A DNA stretch of 64,000 bases from Octopus vulgaris (GCA_951406725.2 OX597814.1:208196001-208260000); one strand, 5' to 3'; shown: positions 49,811-63,506, counted from the first letter of the stretch. Notes: a model not told the origin generated them from the sequence alone. Numbers and translations: made by a program.

Positions 49811-51201
49811 GAACTGTGGAAATAACAGCTTGGTGAATGGAGACCACACCTGCTCACCGTCCAGGCAGCAAAGCAACAGGTGAGAAGAGAGAGAGAGAGA
49901 GAGGTGAAAACTTCGTTGTGGACTATTTGACACTTACTGTCTGTCTGCCTCTCTCTCTCTAGGTATGTTTGTGTATGTGTGTGCATGTATGTGTATGTTT
50001 GTATGTATATGATTGTGCGCTGGATCTCTCTCGGCATACCAACAAACCAAAAAATTGCACCAGCCAGCATCACCGCTACCTCCTAGCCCATCATATATAT
50101 GTATGTATAATCGTGCGGATGTTAATCGAAAATTTTACCGAAGAAGGTAATAGAATAAGCACCAGGCTTACAGGGAATAAGTCCAGGGGTAAATTTCTTC
50201 GAATAAAGGGTGGTGCTCTAGCATGGCCACCGTCAAATGACTGAAACAAGTAAAAGAATAAAAGAATACCAGAAAAACGTTCTGTACCACTAAACCAAGA
50301 AGGTTTTTTGAATATGTACGATGTATTATTCTAAGGTTTGTAGGCAACCTTATTTGAATCCAGTGCTGTGATGTTTTAATGAGAGTCATCTACAGTGATC
50401 TTCCCCATCATATCGTTAGTAACTAGGTGGTGCTTGTTACATAGCTATAAAATATGTGCACAGACAGGTAACATCCTCTTTCTCTCACACACTGCCTGCA
50501 GCTAGCCGCGGTTTCTCCATCTCTGTTCCTGCTATAAGACAACTTCTCGTTTATTGAATATGTGTATCACATATTTCCACTTTTTATAGCCTCGAGACTC
50601 ACCTTTACTTATAAAAACCTGTTGTCCTAATTACCTGACAGGTTGTGTGAATGACAAGTGAAAATGTCATCCCCATAGACCCAGCAACAATGTGGTGCCA
50701 TCAAACAAAAGTTTCAGGGGTGGGGGTGCAACCAACTCAATAAATAAGGCCCTTTTTGGATTTGGCTCACCGAGTAGTAGAGTGAACATCCATCCAACAG
50801 CTGAGTGTGCAAGACACCCCTAGTTTTTCTTTAGACAACTCTCTAGAAGAGGGAAATTACCAAATAACACCTGTCTGATTGCTAAGCCAGAAATATTGCT
50901 CTTGCTTGTCTCTGGACTACTGAGCTTTGTAGGTGAGAGTTTTAGCAGTGTTGTGCAAACTGTTATTGACATTGAATTTCAGCACAAACGTTTCTGACAG
51001 CTATTGTTTACTCTCTCTTTTTTACTCTTTTACTTGTTTCAGTCATTTGACTGCGGCCATGCTGGAGCACCGCCTTTAATCGAGCAACTCGACCCCGGGA
51101 CTTATTCTATCAGTCTCTTTTGCCGAACCGCTAAGTAACGGGGACATATATATATATATATCATCATCGTTTGACGTCCGTTCTCCATGCTAGCATGGGT
51201 T

Positions 51202-51248
<47 letters not shown>

Positions 51249-51344
51249 TATACAGGGAGAATTCACGCCAAAAAACAAAAGATGAAGACAGGTGGTGTAG
51301 AAAACAAACAGATGTATTAGTATAATGCTTGGGAATTGAAAAAG

Positions 51345-51382
51345 TCTTTAACATTTCGAGCCTACGCTCTTCCACAGAAAGA
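51345..51382 (-). ncRNA. Degenerate hammerhead motif related to 85-119
   Basis: TCTTT-CTGTGGA-A-GAGC gtag GCTC-GAAAT-GTT-AAAGA. Confidence 0.55.
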
Positions 51383-51445
51383 GACACAGAAAGAAACAAA
51401 GAGAGAAAAAAAAATGTGTGTAGTGGCTACCGATCTATCGTGGTG

Positions 51446-51498
<53 letters not shown>

Positions 51499-51871
51499 GA
51501 CACCATCATCATCATAATCATCATCATCATCATCATTCTTTAACATCCATTCTCCATGGTATAGGTCTGGCAGTTTGACTAGAGCTGGCAAGCTGGAGAG
51601 CTGCATCAGGTTCCAATCTGATTTGGCTTGGTTTCCACTGCTGGATGGTCTTTTTAACGCCGACCACTTTACACTGTATGGGTGCTTTTAACATGGCACT
51701 GCCACAAACTCTTTTATGTGGCACCAGAACTAGTGCATTTTAATGTGGCACTGGCACAGGACTCTTGCAGGCCAATCCTCTTCACCAGGCGAATCAGCTT
51801 TCACACTTCTGCTGTGGAGGACAGGTCTTCTTGAGTACAGCAATGCACCAGGTATTTCAGTCCTTTGTCAT

Positions 51872-51916
<45 letters not shown>

Positions 51917-51921
<5 letters not shown>

Positions 51922-53477
51922 ATAATAATAATAATAATAATTGTGTACAGTGCTCAGGTGCACTACAACTCATCTAAAGTGTATATATAATCAGGTGAAG
52001 TTTCGGCGGATTTCGGAAAGCATGAGGGCCTTAAAAGATGCAGTGTCATGGCAGTCAACAACTGACGCAGGCAGTTTATTCCATGCTTCAGCAACTCTGA
52101 GCGTGAAAAAATGTTTCCGAAAGTCATGGGAGCTGTATTGTTTTCTGACTTTGTAGGCATGTCCACGTGTGTTAGACACATGGAGATCAAAAAGGTGTTC
52201 AGTGTTGTTGTTGGTGAGGTGGTTGATAACTTTGTGGGTGTTTACCAAGTCCGTCGCCAAACGCCGGAGCTTCAGTGAATCCATGCCCAGGGAAACAAGG
52301 CGCTCAGAATATGGTAGGTGTCTGATGGAGGGTATGCGTTTGGTTGCACGTCTCTGGACAGATTCCAGGAGGTCAATGTTCTGTGCAAGATAGGGGTTCC
52401 AAACTGATGATGCGAATTCCAAGTGTGGTCGTACCATAGCTGTATACAGTTTTAAATAGATGGCTGGAGAGCGGCTAACAAAAGACCTGCTGAGTGATGC
52501 CAAGACACCCTCGGCCTTCCTGACAATCTTAGAGATATGCTTTGACCAACGCAAATCACTGCTGACAGTGATGCCTAGGTCACGCTCGCAAGAGGATTTC
52601 TTGATATCAGTGTTGTGGAGGGAGTATGTGAACGCAGGGTTTTTTCTCCCAAAATGCATGGTGGTACACTTGTCCACAGCCAGTTTCAGTTGCCAGTCTG
52701 TGATCCATTGCTGCATTGTGTCTAGGTCTGATTGCAGGAAAGAGTTGTAGACATCAGGATCTGTCCTCTTGATTTCAAGGTACAGCTTGATGTCGTCTGC
52801 ATATTTCAATACTGTGGCATTCTTTAAATTGGCATCTATGTCGTTAATGTATGCCACAAACAAGAGGGGGCCAAGGACAGATCCCTGTGGTACACCCGAT
52901 GACATCTCATATGGTGTAGAGTGCTGTCCTAGAACTGTGACTACCTCCTTTCGGCTGAGGATGAAGGATTTCAACCAGTTAAAAAGGTCATCCCCCACAC
53001 CCATTGCAGAGAGTTTCACCATAAGCCTTTTGTGTGGCACAGAGTTGAAAGCCTTAGCAAAGTCAAGGTAGACAACATCCACCCATGAGCCACTGTCAGT
53101 AATCTGAGTAATGTCCTCAAGGAACTCGACAAGCTGGTCACTGCAGCTGGAGTTAGGGACAAATCCATATTGTGAGGGTCGGATGAGACTGTGAGAGCTC
53201 CAGAAGTTCCAGAGTGTTTCTCTGACACACGATTCCATCAGTTTTGCAATACAGCTAGTGAGACTGACTGGGCGATAGTTGACAGGTGATGTGCGGTCGC
53301 CCTTTTTGAACAGAGGAATGACACTGGCAGTTTTCCACTGCTCCGGAGTAGCACCATTGTTGAGACAGTACTGGAAGAAAATAGAAAGCTGGTGTAAAAG
53401 GAAGTGCCTGCCACGTTTGAGAAGCAGGTATGTAACTCCATCGAGACCAGGGGAGGCATAGTTGCGCTTATTTTGAA
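51917..53477 (-). mobile_element. 5'-truncated CR1-group LINE with uninterrupted RT (ORF2 3' part, ~490 codons, stop at 51991)
   Basis: [51 protein letters not shown]; (ATT)n tail; (GATA)n on both flanks. Confidence 0.95.
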
Positions 53478-53528
53478 GATAGATAGATAGATAGATAGAT
53501 AGATGGATAGATGGATAGAAAGATAGAT

Positions 53529-53563
<35 letters not shown>

Positions 53564-53595
53564 GGATAGATGGATAGATGGATAGAAAGATAGAT

Positions 53596-53628
<33 letters not shown>

Positions 53629-53650
53629 ATGGATAGATAAATGGATAGAT

Positions 53651-53710
<60 letters not shown>

Positions 53711-53742
53711 GGATAGATGGATAGATGGATAGAAAAATAGAT

Positions 53743-53783
<41 letters not shown>

Positions 53784-53805
53784 ATGGATAGATAAATGGA
53801 TAGAT

Positions 53806-53872
<67 letters not shown>
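53478..53872. repeat. (GATA)n microsatellite
   Basis: Visible directly; continues at 51873-51917. Confidence 0.95.
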
Positions 53873-55485
53873 CCATCATCATCATCATCATTCAATGTCC
53901 ACTTTTCCATGCTTCCATGATAACGGGTCAGACAGAATTTGTTGAGGCAGATTTTCTATCATTGAATGCCTTACTTGTTGCTGCCCCTCACCTATTTCCA
54001 AGCACAGAAATCTTTCCCCATGACCAGACGTTTTTGCTGAATATTGGAAATGAATGACACTACCTGTATGCTGGTGACATTCACAACTACCACACAATGT
54101 GAAGACAAAGAAACATACTCACACACACTCACACACAAACACACATACACACACACACACACATACACACACACACACACATGCATGCATACATGCACGC
54201 GCACACACACACACACATACACACACACACACACATGCATGCATACATGCACGCGCACACACACACACACACACAATAGTCTTCTTTCAGCTTTTGTCTA
54301 TCAAATCCTTTCACAAAGCTTTGGTCAGCCCAGGGCTATAGTTGAAGACACCTGGCTAAGCTGTTACATACTGTGTCTTCTACCGTTGACAGAGAACCCT
54401 TTTACACTTCATTATAATATTATTTTATTTTGCATTTCATTATAACATTGTAATATTGATTTCAAATTTAGGCACAAGGCCAGCAATTCTGGGGAAGGGG
54501 ATAAGTCAATCAAATTGACCTCAGTGTTCAGCTGGTACTTATTTTATCAAGCTTGAAAGGATGAAAGGCAAAGTCGACCTCAGAGGAATCATTATAGTAT
54601 TATAATATTAATTGTAGTTAATTACATCAAAATCAGTATATTATTATTAATAGTAATTATTTCTTTAACCTGGATGATGAAAGGCAAAATTAAGACTGAT
54701 GTCAGATGACTACAGAAACATGAATCATTGAGCTAAAATAAAACTAGTTTGACTGAATGTTATCTACACCAATCAATAGTTTATCAAGCTAAATTTGTTT
54801 AACAATAACAATGTTATAAGGTTACAGCAGGAAATGTATCAGGACATGAAATGTAAAAGCCGGATTAGACTACTTTATGCGCAACTCCGTTGTCTCCCGA
54901 GACAAAAAGGATACCAACCAACACTTGTTGTAGTAAATGTAAACAGTTTTTTATACTTACCTTAGGACACAGTCTGTACATTGTTCAATAGGACAATTAT
55001 TAATTATGACTTATTTCCAAATAAAATAGATAATTCAATAGCTAATGTGTTTTATAAAGAAATGAAAATTTCCTGGTTCAAACATTAAATCATTGCCACC
55101 AGTGGATTCACCAAATACAAAACTAAAGACAGGTATAATATTAAATAATTGAAACTTTTAGTTTCAACATATTTGAAACAGGCATAGCTATGCCTTTGAG
55201 AAGTTAGCTTCCCAATTGCATGATTTGCAATTCAGTCCTACTGTGGGGCATCTAGGTTAGGTGTCATCTACTATAAGCCCTGGGCCAATCAAAGCCTTGT
55301 CATAGGTGCAGATGTGGCTATTTGGCTAGAAAATTTGCTTCTCAACCACATGGTTTTGGATTCAACCCCACTACATAGCACTTTAGACATGTGCCTTCTA
55401 TTTTAGCCCTGGGTCAACCAAAACCTTGTGAATGGAAACCTGTTATATATGTATTATGCATATATCATATATGTATGTATATAAA

Positions 55486-55919
55486 GGCAGTGAGCTGGCA
55501 GAATAGTTACCATGCTGGGCAAAATGCTTAGCGGTATTTCATCTGCCGCTACCTTCTGAATTCAAATTCCACTGAGGTCGACTTTGCCTTTCATCCTTTC
55601 AAGGTCAATAAATTAGGTACTAGTTGAGTAGTGGGATCAATGTAATCGACTTAACCCCTCCCCAAAAATGTCAGGCCTTTTGGCTGCAGCAGAAAGGATT
55701 ATACTCTTTTACTCTTTTACTTGTTTCAGTCACTTGACTGCGGCCATGCTGGAGCACCGCCTTTAGTCGAGCAAATCGACCCCGGGACTTATTCTTTGTA
55801 AGCCCAGTACTTATTCTATCGGTCTCTTTTGCCGAACCACTAAGTGACGGGGTACGTAAACACACCAGCATTGGTTGTCAAGCAATACTAGGGGGACAAA
55901 CACACACACACACATACAC

Positions 55920-55962
<43 letters not shown>

Positions 55963-56128
55963 TACGACAGGCTTCTTTCAGTTTCCGTCTACCAAATCCA
56001 CTCACAAGGCATTGGTCGACCCGGGGCTATAGCAGAAGACACTTGCCCAAGATGCCATGCAGTGGGACTGAACCCGGAACCATGTGGTTGGTTAGCAAGC
56101 TACTTACCACACAGCCACTCCTGCGCCT
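55486..56128. mobile_element. SINE D (+, 55486-55700) tail to tail with SINE A (-, 55703-56128)
   Basis: Family matches. Confidence 0.85.
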
Positions 56129-56254
56129 ATGTATGTATATATATATATATATATATATTAATTTTTGTTTCTATGTTCAGCTACAATAAAAAGAATTTTA
56201 TATTAATCTGATGGGTCACTCTACATTTTTGTAGAGTACAAAGAATAATAAATG

Positions 56255-56286
<32 letters not shown>

Positions 56287-56869
56287 TCTGTTTGTATGTG
56301 TGTATGTATGTATATGTATGTATGTATATATGTATGTATGTGTATATGTATGTGTGTGTGTATGAATGTGTGTGTGTATGTGTATATGCATGCATATATG
56401 TATGTATGTATCTGTATGTATGTATATATGTATGTATGTGTGTGTATGAATGTGTGTGTGTATGTGTATATGCATGCATGTATGTATGTATGTATGTATG
56501 TATGTATGTATGTATGTATGTATGTATATGAGTGTGGGTGTGTGAATGTTTGTCTCTTTGTCATGACATATAAATGAGTGTCACTGTCATATAAACAGTA
56601 TCATTCCTCTTATCTTATAACTTACAAAATCGAAGTGGTAAGTTGGGCTATCATTTGGTAAAACGAGAAGGGTGTGAGGGCGATAGTGTGAGAGGAAACA
56701 TAGTGGCATAGAGAGTGTGACCGATATCAGAGAAGGGGAGGACAGAGTTGTGTAAGCCAGTGTTTATCAAACTATCTGATATGGCACACCAGCATTTTTT
56801 TTTATTTTTCAATGTGCCAGGGACCGATAATATTTCTTAGTAATATTAATTTATACCGAAAACAATATT

Positions 56870-57635
56870 GTCTGGCCCCCATGCCGGTGACACGTAAAAG
56901 CACCATCCATTCGTGGCCGTTTGCCAGCCCTGTCTGGCCCCCATGTCGGTGACATGTAAAAGCACCATCCGTTCGTGGCCGTTTGCCAGCCCTGTCTGGC
57001 CCCCATGTCGGTGACATGTAAAAGCACCATCCGTTCGTGTCCGTTGCCAGCCTTGCCTGGCCCCCGTGCCGGTGACACGTAAAAGCACCATCCGTTCGTG
57101 GCCGTTTGCCAGCCCTGTCTGGCCTCCATGTCGGTGACATGTAAAAGCACCATCCGTTCGTGGCCGTTTGCCAGCCCTGTCTGGCCCCCATGTCGGTGAC
57201 ATGTAAAAGCACCATCCGTTCGTGTCCGTTGCCAGCCTTGCCTGGCCCCCGTGCCGGTGACACGTAAAAGCACCATCCGTTCGTGGCAATTTGCCAGCCC
57301 TGTCTGGCCCCCGTGTCGGTGGCATGTAAAAGCACCATCCGTTCGTGTCCGTTGCCAGCCTCGCCTGGCCCCCGTGCTGGTGACACGTAAAAGCACCATC
57401 CGTTTCGTGGCCGTTTGCCAGCTCTGTCTGGCACCTGTGTGGGTGGCACGTAAAAAGCACCCACTACACTCACGGAGTGGTTGGCGTTAGGAAGGGCATC
57501 CAGCCGTAGAAGCACTGCCAGATCTGACTGGGCCTGATGAAGCCTTCCAGGTTCACAGACCCCAGTTGAACCGTCCAACCCATGCTAGCATGGAGAACGG
57601 ACGCTAAATGATGATGATGATGATGATGATGATAG
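56870..57635 (+). mobile_element. Family B copy with nine 61-62-bp tandem units
   Basis: Unit starts at 56913, 56975 etc.; order a-a-b-a-a-b-a-b-terminal. Confidence 0.92.
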
Positions 57636-57797
57636 CTTGCTGCTAACTTAATGTGGCAGTCCTAGGAAAGGGAAGAATGCTACGGCTATTTAGTTCCAAG
57701 AAACACTGTTTCTAGTTGGATATGTGACATAAGCATTCTGTGTCCTTAAGTTTTCAAACAGGGGAGATAAGCTCCTCCACCCAACAAAGCCTGCAAT

Positions 57798-57836
57798 CAG
57801 AGACTAGTTTCAGGGTAATTGCCCTTCATCTGTCTG
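57798..57836 (-). ncRNA. Minimal Type I hammerhead motif (one core substitution)
   Basis: CAGA-CAGATGA-AGGG caatta CCCT-GAAAC-TA-GTC-TCTG; palindrome ACTAGT. Confidence 0.65.
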
Positions 57837-59532
57837 GAGTAGCTTGGCCTTGCTAGATGTCGCTGCTAAACTGCTGTTGAAAGCTTATTGAAATTCAAGT
57901 GAAATAAATTCACTGATCTACAAAAATAGAAATATTGCATTTCTAAATCTCTCTCAGAGAGAGTTATGCAGTAACCACATGACAAAGTGATGGCTTGTTG
58001 CCAACTTATGTTAGATAAGCATTTTATAAGCATTCTATAATGTTTCTTTCTTTTCTGGAAACTTGTCATGTACCAGCAGCTAATGGCTTGCGGACCAGCA
58101 CCGGTCCATGGACCACCGCTTTAAGCTGCACTGGTGTAAGTGACAAATATGGAGTAGCAGTAGAATAGGAACATTAATACAGTTGTCATACGGAGATACA
58201 TATGCACGTGCTTTGAATCTCTCTCTTTCTCACTTGTGTCTCTTTCTCTCTGTTTCTCCCCCTCTTTCTCTCTGTCTCTCACTCTCTGTTTGTTTGTCTG
58301 TCTGTCTCTCTGTAACACACATACACACACTCACAAATCTACAGACAAGTATTTGACAACATTTAAACTGAAACTATCCCAGAAATAACCAAAGTATTCC
58401 TGAGTGTAATGAAGTGGCTATTATTATGGTTGGAGAACATCATGGTAAATGAGATATTGTTTTGAAATATTGTGACAATAGCATCACATTCATAAATGAA
58501 ACTCATCGTTCATATGATGCTTTACAATATCCCTAGCTTTTTTCCTAACGGAGAAGATGGATACCACTTTGGTATACCACAAGTTGGAGGAATCACTTCC
58601 AAAAGAACTGTATCCTGGATGGATTATTATGTTCCTCGATTGATGATTTGAAGTAATTCGTTTAACCATCTTCACTATTGCCAAGGTCTTTTTCACCAGT
58701 ATGTTGTTGATGTGTATGCCAAAATAGAGTTAGAGAGGTTGTGCTACATAAAAACGCACCAAAAAGTACTATGTTCAGAATTGTATGTGCATTTACGAGA
58801 TGGCATTAACAATGATATTGCTGGGACACGGCTTGGACAACTTTGTATTCTCCAATCCAGTTTTACAGGAAGCCCAAGATATATGAACGAGAGGGCACAG
58901 GATGCCATGACTTACGTGCATAATTATGGACATCATGATCTTTTCATCACTTTTACTTGCAATCCAAAATGAAATGAAATCCAAACTGAACTTTTTCGAG
59001 GACAGTTATACATCAACAGACATAACCTAATTGCAAAAGTTTTTCATCTCGAGGTTTTGAAATTGATGGACTTCATAACAAAGTCTTGCCTATTTCAACC
59101 AGTACATTGCTACGTGTATACCACTGAATGGCAAAAAAGAGGCCTACCTCACACACATATATTAATCTGGCTTTTGCAGAAAATTCAAACTGATGAGATT
59201 GATTCCATAATCTCATCAGAAATTCCAAACCCCACGAAAGACAAAGAACTTTATGAAATTGTAAAATCAAACATGGTTCATGGCCCATGTGGTGACCTCA
59301 ACCTAACTGACCTTGCATGAAAGACAAGAAGTGTACGAAACATTATCCTAAAAATTTCATTAAAGAAACGCAAACTGGTAATGATGGATATCCATCATAC
59401 AGAAGAAGGGCACCATAAGATGGAGGTTTTGAAACAAAAATTGGTCACCATACAACTGGTAATCAATAGATAGTGCCTTACTGCTCTCTTTCGTCTAAGA
59501 TATTCAATGCTTACATAAATGTTGAATATCAT

Positions 59533-59935
59533 AGGTGTAGGAGTGGCTGTGTGGTAAGTAGCTTGCTTACGAACCACATGGTTCCAGGTTCAGTCCCATT
59601 GTGTGACATCTTGGGCAAGTGTCTTCTGCTATAGCCCCGGGCCGACCAATGCCTTGTGAGTGGATTTGGTAGACGGAAACTGAAAGAAGCCCGTCGAATA
59701 TATGTATATATATGTGTGTGTGTGTATACATTTGTGTGTCTGTGTTTGTCCCCCCCAACATCGCTTGACAACCGATGCTGGTGTGTTTACGTCCCCGTCA
59801 CTTAGCGGTTCGGCAAAAGAGACCGAAAGAATAAGTACTGGGCTTACAAAGAATAAGTCCTGGGGTCAATTTGCTCGACTAAAAGTGGTGCTCCAGCATG
59901 GCCGCAGTCAAATTACTGAAACAAGTAAAAAAAAA
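59533..59935 (+). mobile_element. SINE A inserted in the Helitron Rep region
   Basis: Splits NVEY/HNSIKSIKY; short TSD atcata. Confidence 0.9.
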
Positions 59936-60228
59936 AAATCATAATTCTATAAAGTCAATTAAGTACATTTGTAAATATGTTAATAAGGGTTCTGATGCTG
60001 CAATGTTCATCCTTCAACAACAGACATTTCAAGATGAAGTGACACACGTCCAAATTGGGTGCTATATTTGCAGCAGTGGGGCTTTTTGAAGAATATTTGG
60101 CTTTACTATTAATGAACGATATCCTTCAGTGAAACAACTCTCTATTCATTTAGAGAATGGGCAAAGAATATATTTCACTACAGAAACTGTTGCTCAGCAA
60201 TCCCTAGCTCCAAGAGAAACTACTTTAA

Positions 60229-60448
60229 CCCTTTCATTACTGTATTTATTTTGAGATGCTTTGTGCTTCTTTCAATTATTTTAAATATAACAAAGAATTT
60301 AGTAAAATAACTTAGTTATCATTAAGTTAATGTTAGGAACATAAATTGTGACTAAGGTTTGGTGGTAGGTTTTAATTCAAACCTTATGAAAACAAGACAT
60401 TTGTACCCAGAACCAGAGGCGGTTTCAGCCGGGTTGGTAACAAAAGGG
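60229..60448. mobile_element. piggyBac-like MITE in the Helitron ORF
   Basis: TTAA TSDs (60225-60228, 60449-60452), CCC/GGG ends; removal restores ETTLTAFFKLCQ. Confidence 0.88.
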
Positions 60449-60885
60449 TTAACAGCATTTTTCAAACTTTGCCAGAAAGGTTCTTTCGTTAAAACCCTGT
60501 TGTACTATCAATTACTGTCATATTATACATGGAACAACAAATAATGGAATTGCAGAAGAGGCACTGAAGTTGACAGTTATTCTGATATCTGATTTGACAA
60601 AGTTCTGGGGAAGAGTTTATACTGTGCATCCAACTCAGTAGGAATGTTTTTACTTACGTTTGCTTACTGTATTTCAGGAAATATACAGACTTACAAATCT
60701 ATAGATCCAGTTCCAGATTCTGCAGAGGTTGTCAATTATCCTGTTGAATTCTTAAATTCTTTGGAACCTTCTGGGTTTCCACCACACCGACTTCTCTTAA
60801 AGGTAGGAACCATCATCATGCTACTACAGAAACTTGCTCAGCCTTGGTTGTGTAATGGCACTAGACTGGAAGTTAAAAAATTAAT

Positions 60886-61232
60886 TTTTTTTAAAAAATT
60901 TTATTTTATCTAGTTTCAGCTCACGAGCTGTGGCCATGCAGGGGCACCGCCATTTGGTGTTGCTACATGATTTTACTTCCTGAATGCTTTTTAGCAATTG
61001 CCATTTGGTGCATGAGAGAGTTCGATGCAGCTGCCCTCATCTGCACCTCCTGCCGTGAAGTTGGTTCGTCTGGGACACCCGACAGGAAGAGATCCAGTTT
61101 TATTTTAAAGACATCTGCATCCACCCCATGCAGGTCTCTCAGGTTCTTCGGGAGGATATTGAAGAGCTGTGGGCCTCTGAAGCCCAGGCTATCCCAGTAT
61201 CTTGTCCTACATCTTGATGGCAAATTTGGAAT
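60886..61232 (-). mobile_element. 3' fragment of a second CR1/L2-group LINE
   Basis: SLGFRGPQLFNILPKNLRD...FKIKLDLFL..VPDEP; A-rich tail; removal restores helicase KKLIPHIIQATIL. Confidence 0.82.
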
Positions 61233-61736
61233 AATACCTCATATTATTCAGGCTACTATTTTGACTGGGTGTTTTATGGGAGAAGAGGCACATATACCAA
61301 AAATACCTTTGATTCCATCTGACACAGAAATACATTTTGTATTCAAAAGGCTACAATTTCCAGTGAAACTCAGCTTTGCTATGTCTATAAATAAATCGCA
61401 GGAACAAACGTTATCTGTTGCTGTGCTACAACTCAAAGAAAATTGTTTTTCTTATGGGAAACTGTATGCAGCCTGTACAATTAGTTGGAAGTTCACGCAA
61501 TCTTTTTACATTTGCTCCTTCTGGAAATACATGTAACATTGTTTATAAGAAAGTTCTAGATTTAGAATAAATAATAAATAAGATGAAAAAATAACACAAT
61601 TAAGAGGTGAAAGGACATTGGCCAAAAATAGGGATCTTAAAAATGAAATGCAAAAATGTATTTAGCTTGGCAAAACAGTGGCTCCCAAGTAACACCAGGT
61701 AACCCTGATATATGTGTGTGTGTGTGTTGTGTGAGT

Positions 61737-61852
<116 letters not shown>

Positions 61853-62974
61853 ACCTGTATGTGTGTATGTCTTCACTTCCTATGTTTTAAATACCAAATA
61901 TTGCAATTCTGCAAATAAAAAGCAATTGCTTATCCCTTTTTTGCCCTTCTTAATTTTAAAGTTATGTATAGTAACTATTTTAATGTTCCGGATTTCTTTT
62001 TAGAAGTATATGTTTCAAACATAGGAGATTGTGATTCCACACCAAAATTAGGGCTAGTTTTGGGGGTTGGGTTTAGGATTTAAAATTAGGGTTAGTATTG
62101 TGGTTTAGATTTTGGGGATAAAATTAGGATTAGGATCTTGAGTTCAGTTTTACGGTAAGAGCTAAGTGTTAGCATTTAATGTTAGGGTTTCGTGTTAGTA
62201 CTTAGGATTACAATTTTGGGCCAGAGTAAGGATTAGTTTAAGCAGAAATTGAAAAGGGACTCAAAAGATTTGGATTTTTGTACAAATTTTTACAGAATTG
62301 AACTTGCATATGTTTGGAATATGGATATCAAACTATATTCTTAAAAGAAGAAAAATGAAAAGGTCTACAAAGTGTTCTTAGTCCAAAATATCATTGAGTG
62401 TTGTTTTTTCTTTGAAAATATTTACTATGAGTTTGATAAAGAGCTTTGCAATGTTACTGTTATTCTCTGAGTCATTAACTCGGGCAACGCTGGGTATTTC
62501 AGCTAGTATACAATATTCTGTGAAAACATGACTGATCATGGCGAAACATTACCTTGCTTGGAAACAGGTGAGGGTTGGCAACAGGAAGGGCATCTAGCTG
62601 TAGAAAATCTGCCTCAATAAACTCTGTCAATTCCAATGGTGATGATGATGATGATGATGATGACGACAATGGTGATGACAATGATGAGGACGATGATGAT
62701 AATGATGATGATGATGGGAAGAGGAGGAAGAGGGGGGAAGTGGAGGAGGAGGTGGAAGATAAAGACAAAGTAAAGACAGCAGTTGCACGAACAAAATTTG
62801 CAGTTTGTAAATATCAAAAATAAACTTTTTCTGAATAAATATAACATCTTGACAATCTTACCTGTCAATTAAATGTCCAATGTTTTTCATGCTAGTTTGA
62901 AGTTGAAATGATCTGCTTAACATTCTGTTTCTATGCACCTCTCTCTGTGATGTAACTGTTTTGTTTGTTCCTTC

Positions 62975-63506
62975 TTGAGCCATGCCTGGCTCATAAGGGC
63001 CGGTTTCCCAGGTTCCTTGGCATATAGGTTCCTCACCTGGATGGGACACAGGTTCATCGCAGGTGAGCTGCAAGATGCAGGAGGAAAGAGTGGCGAAAGA
63101 GTCAGCAGAAGTTCACCATTACCTTCTGTCGGAACTGCTTGGAGCTTAGGTGTTTCGCTCATAAACACACACACCGCCTGGTCTGAGATTCGAACCCGCG
63201 ATCCCTCGACCATGAGTCCACTGCTCTAACCACTAGCCCATGTGCTTCCACAAATAAATGTTCCTTCTCAAGCCATGCCAAGCTCATAAGGGTCAGTTTC
63301 TCAGTTTCAGTAGCATAGAAATTCCCTACCTGGACAGGACGCCGGTTCGTTGCAGGATTACTTATTTTTGCCAGCTGAGTGGACTGGAGCAACATGAAAT
63401 GAAGTGTTTTGCTCAAGAGCACAATGTATTGCCCGGTCCAGGAATTGAAACCACAATCTTACAATCATGAGTTCAACACCCTAACCACTAAGCCATGTGC
63501 CTCCAC
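62975..63506 (-). mobile_element. Two tRNA-headed SINEs related to C (62975-63253 and 63270-63506)
   Basis: Heads gtggaagcacatgggctagtggttag and gtggaggcacatggcttagtggttag with B boxes. Confidence 0.75.

Larger units (their letters stand above)
56758..58133. mobile_element. hAT-like non-autonomous element
   Basis: cagtg / cactg ends; TSD gtgtaagc/gtgtaagt. Confidence 0.75.
58375..61560 (+). pseudogene. Helitron RepHel pseudogene (HUH-Y2 Rep plus PIF1-like helicase C-terminus)
   Basis: YDALQYP, FTGSPRYM..DLFITFTCNPK, EWQKRGLPHTHILIW, KYICKYVNKG, EFLNSL..PPHRL.LKVG..LCNGTRL, RLQFPVKLSFAMSINKSQ; stops and a central deletion. Confidence 0.93.

Noticed and set aside
53478-53910. N-terminal ~145 aa of the 639-aa ORF
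   Set aside because: Translation of (ATCT)n microsatellite; only 51991-53477 is LINE protein
54955-55050. Strong minus-strand donor aag|gtaagt preceded by ATG (MYRLCPK)
   Set aside because: No downstream exon identified; such motifs arise by chance in 64 kb
56802-57578. Repetitive 182-258 aa ORFs and CRISPR-like appearance
   Set aside because: Contiguous tandem units without unique spacers, no cas genes, eukaryotic retroposon context
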